Positions 39,730 through 53,321 are shown, counted from the first letter of the stretch. The stretch is DNA of 64,000 nt from Paramecium tetraurelia (GCA_000165425.1 CT868085.1:124001-188000); one strand, 5' to 3'. Numbers and translations are program-made. The notes: generated by a model from the letters alone, not told the origin.

Positions 39730-42700
39730 ATGCTTATATTCTTTGTATTTGCATGCTTAGTTTCAGCCTAGACTCAGGTAAAAGTCACTGGAACCGTCAT
39801 GGATTCGTAGGGTATCAATATTGCAGGAGTTCATATTACATTATTGTAAGAAATTTGAATTTACCAATAGTCAGCAACAATAAACTATAGTAAGTGGTTA
39901 AACAAAAGATGATGGAAAGTACGAGCTCATTACACAAATAAACTAAGTTAGCAACCTATTTGTCGAGGCTTCCTTATATGGAGATTTACAAACTCCTTAG
40001 CGTTATGCGGCAAATCCCGACTCTAATGGCAATATAGTATAGGATTTCATACTCACTGTTGATGATGTGACAGTAAATGGACCAGCTGTTTTAGCCAAAA
40101 TCAATGGATAATACTTTAATAAAAATGCCCCATTGAATGGAGGAGCCTCTTATGCTCCTTTGGAGGGAGTTAAAATCGATTATTCTATAGAATACATACT
40201 AAATGGCAAGCACTCGTATGAATTTGCGAGTGCTTCAAACACTTAAGGATTGTCAAAAATATTTACAGTATATCCCAAATCTGCTGCCATATTGAAATTC
40301 TTGGCATAAAGTGAGAATTTCTGGAATTTCAGATAAACCAAAGATAATGATGAGAATTTCGTTTTGATTGTGTAAAAATAATTGTATATCTTCTAATAGA
40401 ACAAATTAGTATAAGGTGAATTATCAAGTCATAATGGAAGAAGGAGTATTCACACAAACAGTATTGGGCACAGTGGTCGATAAGAATTCTAAGAAACCTC
40501 TAAAAGATGCCAAAGTTGAAGTCACATTTAGCTCTGAATCCAAGGGGTATAAAAATAACTTATTGATTTAGGAAGTTGAGTAGTCAGAGCTTATTGACAA
40601 AAGATGATGGTAAAATAGAAGTAAAATATATAAGTAAACTTTGGTACAAATTTACAATTAAAATATCAATAACAAAAGAGTATTATGCTCTTTATGAATA
40701 ATCAAAAACAATTGAAATGGATCATGACGACAGAACTAAAAATTTGGATACTTTCCAATTAGGCATGATAGAAATGCCAGTTTAACCATCAGTCACATTA
40801 TTTGGGTTTGTGTTAGATCCCCATTTAAAAGACAAAGACACTAATCTAAAACCAGTTGTCAATCTGCCATTATAAGTGATAGCTAAATTTGAAAACTTAA
40901 TTGAAAAATTTGAGACTCAAACAGACTCCAATGGCCAATGGACGAAAGACAAGTTACTATTATAGCCTTCAGCTAAATATGATTTGGAAATTACCTACAC
41001 GAATAGTTAGAAGGAAAAATTCACTGATAAATTTTCATTTACAACAACACTTGATCCAGTCTAAAAGATTAAAATTGATAATTTGTATTATTAAGATGTC
41101 GTAAATGCTGCATTGACAGGTAAATTTTCAGAAGCACCTGAGAAGATGTAGTTCAAGATTCCATACAAGATTACTTGTGATACACTTGATAACAAATTAA
41201 ATTTACCAAAGGAAATCTTGGCTTAAACAGGAGGGGATGAAATTATTGATAAGACTTGGAGTGTGGAGGCAAGAGGAGATAAGGATATTACTTGTTCACT
41301 TCAACAATAGGATAGTGCTTAATTCATTTAGCCCTTCTCCAAACAATTTATATTATAAAAGGGAATTTGGAAGGCTGATCTAAAGTAAATTGATATTAAA
41401 TACAACTTGTTTGATATCGTCATAGGTGGAACAGTATTAGATAAAGCTCAATTAGTACCATTTATAAGTGGTGCCAATATGAACTTCGTGGTTTATCAGA
41501 AAGATGAGACTTTGCATACACTTTAAAGAGAATTTAATATAAAATCTGATGAGAAAGGATTATTTTCACTCAAGTTTTAAATAGGCAAAGGAGAGAAATC
41601 AATCGTAAAATTAACAGTTTCTCATCCTGATTTTATTGATTATAAGAAAGAAGAATTGCTAATTATTAATGGTAATGGTCCTTAAACCTTAAATGGTAAT
41701 AGCATAACTTTAGATCGTATTGAATTTACCGATGTTATTCTACATTATAAAATTGACACATTAGAATAGCCAGCCACATTAAAATTAAATTCATGTAGTC
41801 CTTTTATGGAAGTTGATAAATTGTACAGTCCAAAATACGATTCGAATGAGTAAATAATTGTGTCTATTATTTTAGTGGATCTTTTAAGATTCAGTTTGCA
41901 TGTTACTAAAATGTGATCTATAAAGCAACTCTAGAAATAACCATCAAGTCCTTCTCTGCCTAAACTATCCAATCACATTAATTCACATGTGTCAAACCAA
42001 CCAAGGAGAAGCCAGAAATTGAACTCACATCTGATTCTCTCTTCATCAAAGGAAACTTAATTGTAAAATTCCTTGATGTTAACAATCGTCCTATCAAAGG
42101 GTAATAAGCAACATTCCGTACTGAACCCCTTTCCTAAGTATTGACTCAAACATCTGATGATCAAGGAACCATGAAGTTCGTTGATACCAAATTATTCAAA
42201 AATCAATAGTATACTGGTTTACTTGCTTATGGATCATAAAATGCAGAACTAAAGTTTTATCCAAAGTAGGACAACTTTGAGGAACATTTTCAAGATTAAT
42301 ATATTGGAGGATAAGTGCAATACAAAGTAACTGGTAAAGTCAAGTTATGTAGAGGACAATTAGTCAATCCTCTTTAAGTTAATGTGAAATGCGGTAAATA
42401 TCCTGAATAAACTGGAAAAACAGATCTTGAGGGTTCATTTTCAATAAGCATCTAAGCAGTTGGCAATTTCAATGATGTTGTATAATGTACTACTAAAATA
42501 TCTGGAGATGTTGATTACTCATTTGATTCAACCTTCACTAAAGGAACCTACTCCGTCTATTAAGATGTATCAGTTTGTTTGAAGGATATTAAATTAAATG
42601 TTTTGGGTAAATTCATAGATCCCATCAATTAACCTAAGCCTAATTTACAAATAACTCTGAGTGTTGTATTCCAAGAAGATCAAAAACCTATCCCAAACAT

Positions 42701-45544
42701 TCCATCCCTTAAAACTGATGCTAATGGTCTTTGGGATCTGAAAGATTAAATTGTGAAAGCCAATGGAAAATATAAATTCATTCTCAAATATAAAAATGGA
42801 GCTGGAGATGAAAAAACTATTGAAAAAGATTATTAAACTTCTGTTTACTCTGTTAAACCTACCAGTGATTATGAATTCCCAAATACCTTCTATTAAGATT
42901 TTGAATAGTGTCATGTTTTCGGAAAGGCTAATGATTATAAATCTAAGAATATAGTACCTGCTGCTCTGCCAGTTGTGTTGACATGTGATTAAACTCTTTC
43001 GAAAGATAAAAAACCTATAAAGCAATCAGGAAAGATTGGATTCGATTTACAATATGATTTAAAGGTTGATGGGTTAGTCGAATATGATCAACCAATCCAA
43101 TGTTAATTGAAATCAGAAAATGAAGCCAAAGCCAAATTCAATCAGAACATATAATTGCAAGGGCCAAAGTGGGAAATAAAACAAGATCTAACAATTCAAT
43201 ACATAACATGGTTGATAACTTTGAAGGGTTAAGTATTAGATCCATTGAAGATCAATACAAATTTAAAAGATGCAATTATAACCATTACTGTACATTAACC
43301 AGTACCTAATAAACTTTAATCAAAATTGAGGGGAAGATTTCATTTTGATGTCCAACAAACCCAATTAGAATCTGTTAATTCAAAAGAGTAAGGGTTGTAT
43401 CAAATTGAGTTTTAAACCTTAAATTAAGAAGCCTTAAGCATTGATATTGCTGCCAAACTGACTGATTTTAATGATTTCAAGCAATTAAATGCTTTAAGTA
43501 TAGCAGGAACTAAAAATGAGGAATTAACATTTAATATCAATTTACAAAGGATAGAATTTTCAGCTATTTTGAGTTCGAGTGTGGATGAAATAGGAAGCAT
43601 CTTATTTAAGACAAGTAATCCACTTATGCAAGAGGATAAAGATAAGAAATTCTATGGAACCAGCGTGGTGCTTTAGAAGGGAAAGTATATAAATATTTAA
43701 TTATATTTAGACCATTCTAGTTTAATGTTAAATGCAATTAGAATGTTGAGTACGTAGCCACTTTCATATTAACAAATGAACACCAATAATAAATGGAGTA
43801 TATGTCAGATCCATTCAAATGTAAGGTGGCTCCTGAGTTGACAGTAATCAAAATTAAATCTACAAATGATAAATTCCTCTTAAAAGTAATGAATATCTAT
43901 ATAGTTAGATAAGTGGTATAATAAAAGACAAAGAAAAGCTGTTTGATGGAATTGTTTCTGGAGCAACTGTCATTATAAATTTGACTAAAAATACTAAAGT
44001 AGTTAAATCAATACAAACGACTTCCAATAATAAGGGTGAGTATTAGGGTTAATTCGAGGTAAATACCGACACGTATCAATATGAAATTAAAGTCACCCAT
44101 CCTCAATTTAAAGATGGAGATATTTCAGATACAATTGTTTTCTCAAAAAATGAAGTTGTGACTCGAGATGTAATATTGGAGAGATAGACAAACACATAAA
44201 AAATTACTATTAATCTTTAAGATTCCAAGAAAAAGCCAATTAAAAATTCTGAAGTGGGAACTTCAGATTTTAAGCCAAAATCGAATGACAAGAAAATTGT
44301 GAAGGCTGACGACACTGGTAAGGCAACTATCGAAGTGGTTTGCTTCAAGGATGTCCAAGAAACTTTTAAATTGGAAATAAGAGTTGAAGATTTACGAGAG
44401 ACAGTTGAATAAACAATTAGTTGTGATGGAAAGAGCTAAGATCATTCAATAATGACTTAATTACAATATGTTAATATAAATGGGAATGTGATTGATCCAT
44501 ACTGTAAAGGCAAGAGTGACCTTAAATTAAATCTTGATACTACTCCTGAGACTCAGAAAGTAAAGGTAAATACAGATAAGAAAGGTGATTGGGAAGGCGA
44601 ATTGCTTGTTAAATTAAATCAAGAATACAGTGTAAATGTTAATTATAATGGTTGGGATGGGTAATAGTAAAGTTTGAAGGAGAAATACCAAATCAAGAGT
44701 GATTAAACTAGTTTGGATTTTCAGAAGATCTATTATTCTGATTAAGTTGAGAGTTCGGTTTAAGGTGAAGTTGTTTCCAGTGTTTATCATGTTTCCTTGA
44801 AGTTCCATAAGATATCGTTGTGGTTTGATAGTAAGGAGGTTAAGGAAAGCGAGATTGATGAGTTCAGTGAGTATGAGATGAAGTTTAAGGTCGTGGCTTA
44901 ATGTAATAAGGAGTACGAGTATCAGATCTAAATCAAGGAGACTCAACATTTTGAGAGAAAGACAGTTCCTTTGATTATCAAGCCACCCAAATATGATTAC
45001 AAAGTAGACATAGTTGTTGAAGAAACCAAGGCTTATATAAATGAGATAAAGAATTTCTTTTCAAAATTTTTGATTAGCGGGTACTTAGAGTCTGAGTACA
45101 ATTGCAAAGACAAACTGTTTAGGGCAGTTCAACATGCTTAAGTTAAGATTGTGAAGAAGCAGGAGTCGGGTGATAAGGTGAAGGCTGCAACTCATACAAG
45201 AGAAGATGGGAAATTTTAATTATATTTCTTTTTGTCTAAATCGTAAATTGATTTATTAAATATGTTATAGGCAAGTGAAAAACAATATATTTGTTTGGCT
45301 ACATTTTGAGAAAGAAGGATTTACAACTCCATATCCCCTTTTGATCATACCGTCGTAGTATGAAAAGTTTCAAATGGATGACGAAACGATCACACATATA
45401 GATATAGGCTATCAATCCATATCTCCGATTCAAGATATGGGTTGTCCAGAAGATATACCAAAGATATCAAATAATGATTAATCAACGATTTTGATTGATT
45501 ACATTAAAATGGGAAAGAAACAACTCAAAGGTAACAACAACTGA
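39730..45544 (+). CDS. Large secreted protein (~1850 aa) of tandem carboxypeptidase-regulatory/prealbumin-like (Cna-B-like) beta-sandwich modules
   Basis: Signal peptide MLIFFVFACLVSA; ~18 modules resembling (V/I)xGxVxD...P(L/I)xxxxV...TDxxGx(F/Y/W); several small introns; no C-terminal TM. Confidence 0.85.
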
Positions 45545-45571
45545 TTTATATATCTATATATTATTATTAAA

Positions 45572-47700
45572 ATGAATTAGAAACAGGAGAAGAAAATTGA
45601 TAATATCACTCTCTAATGTAATAATAGGTCTGAAATTAGAACTCAGAAGCATGGTGGAAGACGGGGCTGGAGAATCATTGGCGGCTAGTCTGAATTTGGA
45701 TTAAGAAGATCTTATAAGTAAAAGTGTTGATTGAGTTTGCATAGTTTGGCCATTGGAGTAGGTACAAAGAAACTTCAAAGAGTTTATGAGATAGACCTCA
45801 TAGATAGAAATTGAAATGGACAATGCTAAAGAAAGAATAGACTTTCCGGCTGACATGGAATGGCCAACTGAAGATGATTTGGATTAAATGTTTCAAAAAT
45901 CCATGAGCAAGTAATTGTTGTCTTAATTATATTGCAGAATCCAAGGTCGTCAAAATAAAAAGAAATGGAAAGATAATGAGAAATAATTTTTAACTTGGAT
46001 TATAATTAGATACTGTCTATGGAAAACCAAAGTTTGCAAAGAGCTCGTAATTCTTCTTTTCATTTTAGAATGATTAAGATTGGAGATACATTGCTTAATT
46101 GATAGTTGGCAGAAATGCAACTCAATGTAAATATAAGTGGTTGGCTCGCTCCAAATTTAAGCTCGTTTAAGTCCCTTGGAGTAAAGAAGAGGATGAGGCC
46201 CTAGCATAAATCTATATGGAATATCAAAAACAAGGTAAACATAGCAAGTGGAGTGAAATTGCTAAAGAAATTGCCTTAAGATGCAAGACCTAAATTGTGA
46301 GGTAAGGTAAACAGTGCAGAGAAAGATGGATTAATAAATTAGATCCACAAATATCGAAGTAAATGATAATCCACATCTTATAGGGGACCATGGACCAAAG
46401 AGGAGGAATTGACTTTGTTGTAATTGATTTTAAAGAAAGGCAAAAAGTGGTCAGAAATTTCTAAAATTATGAAAAACACACGAACTGAGAATTCCTTAAA
46501 AAACAGATACCATACTATCATGAAAAAAGAAAGAAATAAGCAACCAGAAGTCAAAGAAGAAATTCAATAAGAAATTGTAGATCTGTTATAACAACATAAT
46601 CACATCTATTAGGCTGATAATTTAGTTCATTTATATGAAGATATCGATCCAAAAGAGTTAAAAATCATTCTTCAAGTTATTGATAAATTAAGTGAAAGTA
46701 CTGGTAAATAAATTAGAGTAAGTACTTTAATTACTGATTAATAAATCTAATAAGAATAGTTATATGAAAAATAATAAAAAGTCAAGTAAGAAAGTCAAAT
46801 TGATTAAATTCAACAAAAAAATGAAGAAGCAAACAACAAATAGAGATTTCTTGATACTATGGAGAAAATTAAAATTGATCTCGATCAATAAATTAAGAAA
46901 CTGGGGAACAAATAGGAATTGGATTAGAATTGCACTATAAATCTACTTAAATAAATCCTTAAGCCATAAGGTATCATTCATTATTCATTTATGTAGAAAC
47001 AGAAACCAATTAATTACAATTTGATTAATATTACGACTAGATGATCCTCAATTTCTAAGCAAATTAAGTGGAATTTGAAGTTGAAGCCATCACAAACTTA
47101 ACAGCTCAGGATGTTGAAGATTGCTAATTTGGTATCGTAGATTTTGAGCAATCCAACATCTTCATGATTCCTTAATAGTATTTGTAAGAAGTCATAAATA
47201 AAGTTCATGGTTCTTCGACCTAGGCTCAAGTATAATAGCAATAATAAATGTTGCAACATTAATAATAATAGTAATAATAATAACAATAGTAACAATTATA
47301 ATAATCATAATAATAACAATAACAACAATAATAGGTGTAACAATCACAAATTCAACAATAATAATAACAATAAAGATTAACTATTTCATCATCGCTTAGG
47401 TAATCAATACCTCAATCATAACAAGCTCAACCTCTTTAAACATCTTAACTATTTTTAGGAGATCAATTCAATCTTGTCAATAGCTAATATGATTTTGAAA
47501 ATCAATAATAATTTTAATAACAAATTCCCGTATAAATTCTCTATCCGTAGATCATTTATTAACCTATTGGCTAGTCAATAAATTTATCATAAGGTCTATA
47601 GTAAAATTACTGGATGTAGCAATCTTATTTTCAGCCTTAATATTACATGAAGGCATAAGATTAGTAATTTAACAAATCGAATCTAGAAGAACCTAAATGA
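45572..47700 (+). CDS. Myb-family transcription factor (three Myb repeats) with Gln-rich C-terminus
   Basis: WKDNEK..WRYIA..GRNATQCKYKW; WSKEEDE..WSEIA..RQGKQCRERWINKLDP; WTKEEE..KWSEI..RTENSLKNRY. Confidence 0.95.
47233..47373 (+). repeat. Coding poly-Gln tract (TAA/CAA/TAG) inside the Myb gene
   Basis: In-frame TAA/CAA/TAG runs; the antisense poly-Leu ORF in the track is its shadow. Confidence 0.9.
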
Positions 47701-47730
47701 AATTTAATTAATTTTTATATCTATATATAC

Positions 47731-48072
47731 ATGTAGAATTAGGATAAATAAAAAGTTATTGAAACAGGTACAAGCAAAGTGGCTGCAAGATTCCCATTTA
47801 CGTATGATATTCTATTCAAAAAAGAGTATTTTTAGAACAAGGAATTGAATACTATTATTGCACATGTGGTCTTGGATCTACTCAGCCTTTTTGTGATGGG
47901 TAGTGTGAGGGAACAGGATTTGAGCCTGTCAAAATAATTCCAAAAAGAAGTGGAAAGTAATTCTAGATCACTCAATTAATTAAGTGCTTTACTCTGTGGT
48001 TGTAAGAGATAATGTGATCCGAAAAATCCGAATTGCGATGGAAGTCATTCAGTAGTTAATTTGGATTGGTGA
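47731..48072 (+). CDS. Two-motif CDGSH iron-sulfur protein (CISD3/MiNT-like), 96 aa
   Basis: YCTCGLGSTQPFCDGQC and LCGCKRQCDPKNPNCDGSH; introns 47802-47824 and 47957-47984. Confidence 0.9.
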
Positions 48073-48368
48073 ATATGATGATCAATAGCTTATCAACTAA
48101 TTTTTCATTCTGAATAGAATCTAAATTCTTAAATATTAAGTTTCAAATATTTGATGTCCTCCATTCATAACATTCAGAAATGCAATTAAAACTTCAAATT
48201 CAAAAAAGAAAAAACTCTCAATGGATAGATCAATAATGCTCCTTATAAATATTGTCATTTTATTTTATTAAACGTATTATCTATGAGAATATATTTGTTA
48301 TGGATTTGTTAATTATTTGTTTTTGTTTGGACTTAATCATTGTATTTTATATTATTAATTAACAGTTA

Positions 48369-49967
48369 ATGAGCAACAAATAATAATAAGCTAAAGATTA
48401 TCTCACAGCATGTTTTCAATGCAAAGGTTTTGAACCTTTCTTTGTAGTCACGAAAACATCACTTTTGCGTATATTAGATAATATGGCATAAATATAATTT
48501 GACAGAGATTTAGCAAATGAGTTATTTGAACGTTGTCCAACCAATTTCAAAGGGTTGGTGAAAATAGAAGATTTCATAGAAATTGTTATTTAGGCTGACA
48601 TAGTATTGAATGAAAAAATCAACAAAGCTAATCAATTTATTGTGAAGTAAACAGAAGAATTGGCTAAATTAACAAATAAAAATCGTTCTCAAGTTTTGCA
48701 GATTCGAGTAATTGGAGCTAAGAATCTCCATTAAGGATTGATTAATGCTTCAAACAAGCCTTACGTTGTTGTACATTTCAATCAAGAGAAAAAGAGTTCT
48801 CGTTTAGCACATAATGATATCCTCAATCCAATTTGGGAAGAGACCTTTGTTTTGTAAAAATCTTTAATATATTTAAAGTCCCATCAAGTCTGGAAATGAA
48901 TAAACTTATATTTCAATATTGACTTTGGACAGCACAACTAATAAAAGCAGTTTAATAGGTGAAGTTCATTTTGGATTAAGAGAGTTAGAAGATCAAATGA
49001 AGCATAATCAGTGGTTTAATATTTATGATCGCCATGGCACAATGAGTAGTGGAAGTTTGCAATTGGAATTACAATTATTACTTGATGAGGTATTATGTTA
49101 AGGATTATACATTAGTCAATGTTTTATGAATAGGCTCAGCAAGTAATGCAGCAATAAATACTGAATTAACAAGAGGAGAAGAATCAATATGAGAATGATT
49201 TGAAGATTCTTTATGCTCCTTTTTAGAATGGAGTATTGCAACCAAAAAGACTAATTGTTCCTGATGCTCCTCAATTGATGTTTGTTCATGAATTCTCTAA
49301 GCCAATCATATATCAGGGAGATAAGAAAGTAGATTTGACAGTTTACAAAACTCCACAATTGAGTGACAGTAGAGTCTTACAAATTTTGAATCAGCCTCCT
49401 GAAAGTGTGACTACAGTACATCCAGAGATTGACTATCCAGCTAGACATGATCTTAAATAAAAGGCTAATTATGGGTATGATCATGTCACTAAGGATATGA
49501 AATTAACAGCTATTTTTATCGTATTGTATGTGCTTAGCAGCATTTATTTGTGTTGGGTGAAAACTGATTTTGTTAATATTACCATAGCCTTATGTACTTC
49601 GTTGATTGTTGGTCTTAACTATTTTGAGAAGAACCATTTAAATATATTTGCAATTCTAATAATTTTGACTTTGTTATATGATGTGTCTTGGTTGGCAGCC
49701 TATTCAGGAGTATTATTTATAGTTATTTAATAGGTTTGGTGGAATCAAAGTAAATCAGAAAATCCCTAATAAGAATCTGAGCTTATTACATCTTAGAGAA
49801 TAACGATTCTTGTCAGCTACTTTGTGATAGTGTTGAAGATAGCATTATCATGTCAATTATGGAATTTGAAAAAGAACATAGAACCATTGAATAATCATAA
49901 ATAATTTGGAATTGGGACACATCTATATTAAGCGAATGGAGGACACATAAACCCATTTATTTAATGA
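48369..49967 (+). CDS. EF-hand-like + C2-domain protein with C-terminal multi-pass membrane region
   Basis: LQIRVIGAKNL..PYVVV..LNPIWEETFVF..LIGEV C2 pattern; ~4 hydrophobic segments 49500-49870. Confidence 0.85.
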
Positions 49968-49987
49968 AATATATATTTTTGTTATTA

Positions 49988-50449
49988 TCAATAACCATCG
50001 TTTCTTGTGATTACATTTTTATCTTAATAAGGATAGACTGTTCTTATTACATTTAAGGACAACTTATGATCACATTATCCATAAGATTACGAATATCCAT
50101 AAATTTCTATACTTGAATTGACAAATGAATGTTTGATTCTGCCTCCACCAACACATTTAAATTTGTAATTGTGTCCATTTAATTATGCCTTGATCGTTCC
50201 TTTTTCTATATTATACTTGAATTCCGACCATTTCAAACTGCTCTTTGCTTCTTCACAAAAATGCTCAAAGTTCTAAGCGTGAAATTCATATTGTTTTAGA
50301 CCTCTAACATAATAAAATTCCTTATTGTTTTCTCCTTCCAACAAGATCAGAATGTATTTGAATGTGCCTTCGTTGTCAATGTTGACCTAATTTATATTTT
50401 TGGTGATTTAATTAAACGTCTCTTCTTCAGTCTATTGTGTTTGAATCAT
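49988..50449 (-). CDS. PHPT1: 14-kDa phosphohistidine phosphatase (Janus/Ocnus family)
   Basis: VNIDNEGTFKYILI, VRG...FHA, CVGGGRIKH, IYGYSQSYGQCDH, ends NDGY; 153 aa. Confidence 0.93.
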
Positions 50450-50485
50450 TAATATAAATATTAATATCATAATAAATATATATTT

Positions 50486-53234
50486 TCAATCAGAAATCAT
50501 AATCTTTCTCTTCAATTTTCTGCGATTAACAAATATACGAATAGGGTTTTTCTTGTTTTTTTGCATAAACCTTTCATAAGATAGGTTAACTCGTTCGAGT
50601 ATATTGTCTATATTAAATTGAGGAAAGTAATATTTATAAGATTACATAACTTCAAACTCCAAGTCAGGATTATAGGTTGAAATTTTAGAATGAGCAGTGA
50701 CTATTGACTTCTCCTTCTCCTTCTGATGTATATTCAATTTCTCCACAATTTCATCAAGATATTCTTTGATATCGGCTTCCTTTTCCTTTCGTTTAAAATT
50801 GTGCTCCACAATCAAGGATTGTTTCTTGAGGTTCTTTCTGGCAAAGGTTTATTGTTGAAGTTACTCCCGTTATTAATCGATCTACTTGCAAATCAGTTAG
50901 AATCTGGAACTGTTGGTGGGAGACTTCATAATAGTATTGACATTCCCCTTGATATCTTCCTGAATGGACCTGCTGGAACTGAAATGAGAGGATTCCAAAT
51001 CCTGGATATTGACTCTCATTTTTTAGGTACCCTCTTCATTTTGATCATGATTGGGTCTAATTATATTGGATATGGATAGATTACATTTCATCAACTAATT
51101 TCTGACTGATCATAAAATCTAGACAAGCGTTTTGAATTTGAAGCAATTCTGTTAAAGTATTGAACTTTTTGCATCTTCTAAAATCTTTATAAAACTTCCT
51201 CTCCTAATCCTCATTCTATGTGTGATGTGTCAACAATTTCATTTTGTCGACTTAATAAAATGTCATAGGACATTGCAAGTACCCATGAGTCCATCCACAG
51301 ATTTCGCATGTCCTTCCTATAACATTTTTTTTCCTTACACTAAATTTATATTAATCTCTAATTTTACACATCTTCTCGAATTCCTATCTATCATACTATA
51401 ATATTTCATAAAATGAAGCTCTAGAAATAGCAGCTATCTTACTGTATCCTTAACTTATAATTATATAATCATAGTATCCCTATTCAGTGAATTCTTGTTC
51501 TCCAATGACAGTGCCCCCAGTCAGTTATTTAAGTACAATCGGTTGTCTTGAATTGTGTCCCAACAAAGTAAGTTCTCCACTCAGGAGGAAGATTAGATGA
51601 TCAGCAAATTGCTAGGTTTTAACAACTTCATCTCCAGGCTGTAATTTGATGACTTTAACTTTTGTGCACAATTGCTCTACTGTAGAATCCTTGAATTGCC
51701 TCAATAGATATGAGTTCATCAGAATGGTTTTATAGGAGTCGATCATTACCTCCTCTTCTAGATTTTTGGTCAATTTAGTCAACAATTATTCGCCCAGTGA
51801 ATTTTCTTGTTGTTCTTATTGAAATAGATGCTGGTAGTATTTTCTAACTTTGATGGATAACTTATCATTCAACTTGCGTTGTCTTATGATTTACTCAATG
51901 GCCTTCATCTAAGTTTTGTATTGCTGCTTCTTCTCATTCATTGATCTATAGATTTCACCGATGTTTGAAATCGTGTAACCTAACATACCACACAGACTCA
52001 TAGCCACCAAAATCACAAATAACTGTTCGTAGGCAGATTGAGGTGTTAGGTCACCATATCCCACTGTTAGGGTAGTGATTACACTGAAATATAAGGAAGC
52101 TATGTATCTTTAGTTAAATATGATAGTCTTACTGCTCTATCCAACTCTAGTGACTAATACTATAGTACTCTAACCAATTCTTTCCAGGCGCATAATGTTC
52201 CATTTCGTACACTCCCAGAAAATGCCAACTGCATGCACAACAATGAATTATGAAAATTAACATCACAATCAATTTAATTAAATCAAATACTGCTGCCAGA
52301 TTTTCCTTGAAGTTTGTATTGTATTCGAATTAATCCAGTACACGAATCAAGAGAGGAATCCTCAAAAACACTGAGATCAATGGGATGAAATATCCATAAA
52401 GTATCTACAAATAAGTTGTCACAACTATTAACAAATCTAATAAAAAATAGCTTTTCACATAGTTGCTTGCAATGTCAATTCTACTCTTCTTCATTATCTG
52501 ATCTTCATAGAATGAAAGGTTAAATTGAAACAAAATCCATAGGATTTATAACACTGCTGGGAATGCATCAAAAAGTATTGAGATATCTTGATTCAAAAAA
52601 CTGATGTTAATTGGTACATAGAATAGGTTTAATAGGATCGAAATTATAAAGCAGAACTCATAATACATTATGAATCTTTGATCTGGCTAAAATATTGGAA
52701 TGAATCCCCCATAATATTCAAAGATTGACCTAATTTATTTTTTAAATAGGGAATATTGAACTTGCAATTCTGACCTCCCCTTTATATGATATTTGTTATT
52801 CCGATATCGTACAATATTTAAATAATCTGATGAGGCATCCTGAATAATCGTAAAGATCCTTTTATTTAAAAGTTTGTATTTCATCGATTCTGTTTACAAT
52901 TTCAATGTGTATAGGAATCTCATGATCATTGTGATGATGATCAAACCATTACTCTTCCACACTCTAGTTAGTCTGTATTTAGATTAGAATTCATACCCCA
53001 ATGGCTGAGTTGTCGCATTCTCGATGGATTTGTTAATTAGAACTTTACTCTTGCTTCCCATCATTAAACTGTTGCTGGGGGAAAAATAACTACATTTATC
53101 TCATTAGATTACAACCTTTACAGAGAATGCTCTGAAGGACTTCCTACTTCTTTATAAATATTAGATAAATTTTGTTATCTTCCAATATTGTTTCTCATCT
53201 CCTCAACAGCATTTTGCGATTCAAATATACTCAT
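50486..53234 (-). CDS. Voltage-gated K+ channel with cyclic-nucleotide-binding domain (EAG/CNG-like)
   Basis: Pore TTLTVGYGDLTP (~52045-52080), S4-like LRIPLLIRVL, C-linker and CNBD. Confidence 0.93.
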
Positions 53235-53321
53235 TTTTATAATAATTATTTATCCTTAAAGATTAATATTCTTTTATTCTTGACATGTACTCATTCATTT
53301 TTATTATTATTGTATAATTTC

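Noticed and set aside
42645..44949. Long minus-strand ORFs in the track, and similar ones at 15918-16217, 32652-33030, 50726-51079 and 63199-63423
   Set aside because: Antisense to well-supported genes; artefacts of using the wrong genetic code
47098..47295. Poly-Leu ORF on minus strand in the track
   Set aside because: Antisense shadow of the Myb poly-Gln tract
449..48072. Functional cluster of mitochondrial/Fe-S genes (small Tim, SLC25A39-like, CDGSH)
   Set aside because: Genes are kilobases to tens of kilobases apart among unrelated genes; no evidence of co-regulation
48070..48115. Possible Sec read-through (TGG TGA ATA TGA) with SECIS-like or C/D box-like ATGATGA...CTGA downstream of the CDGSH gene
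   Set aside because: No convincing stem pairing, boxes too close for a C/D snoRNA, and the protein is complete at the first TGA
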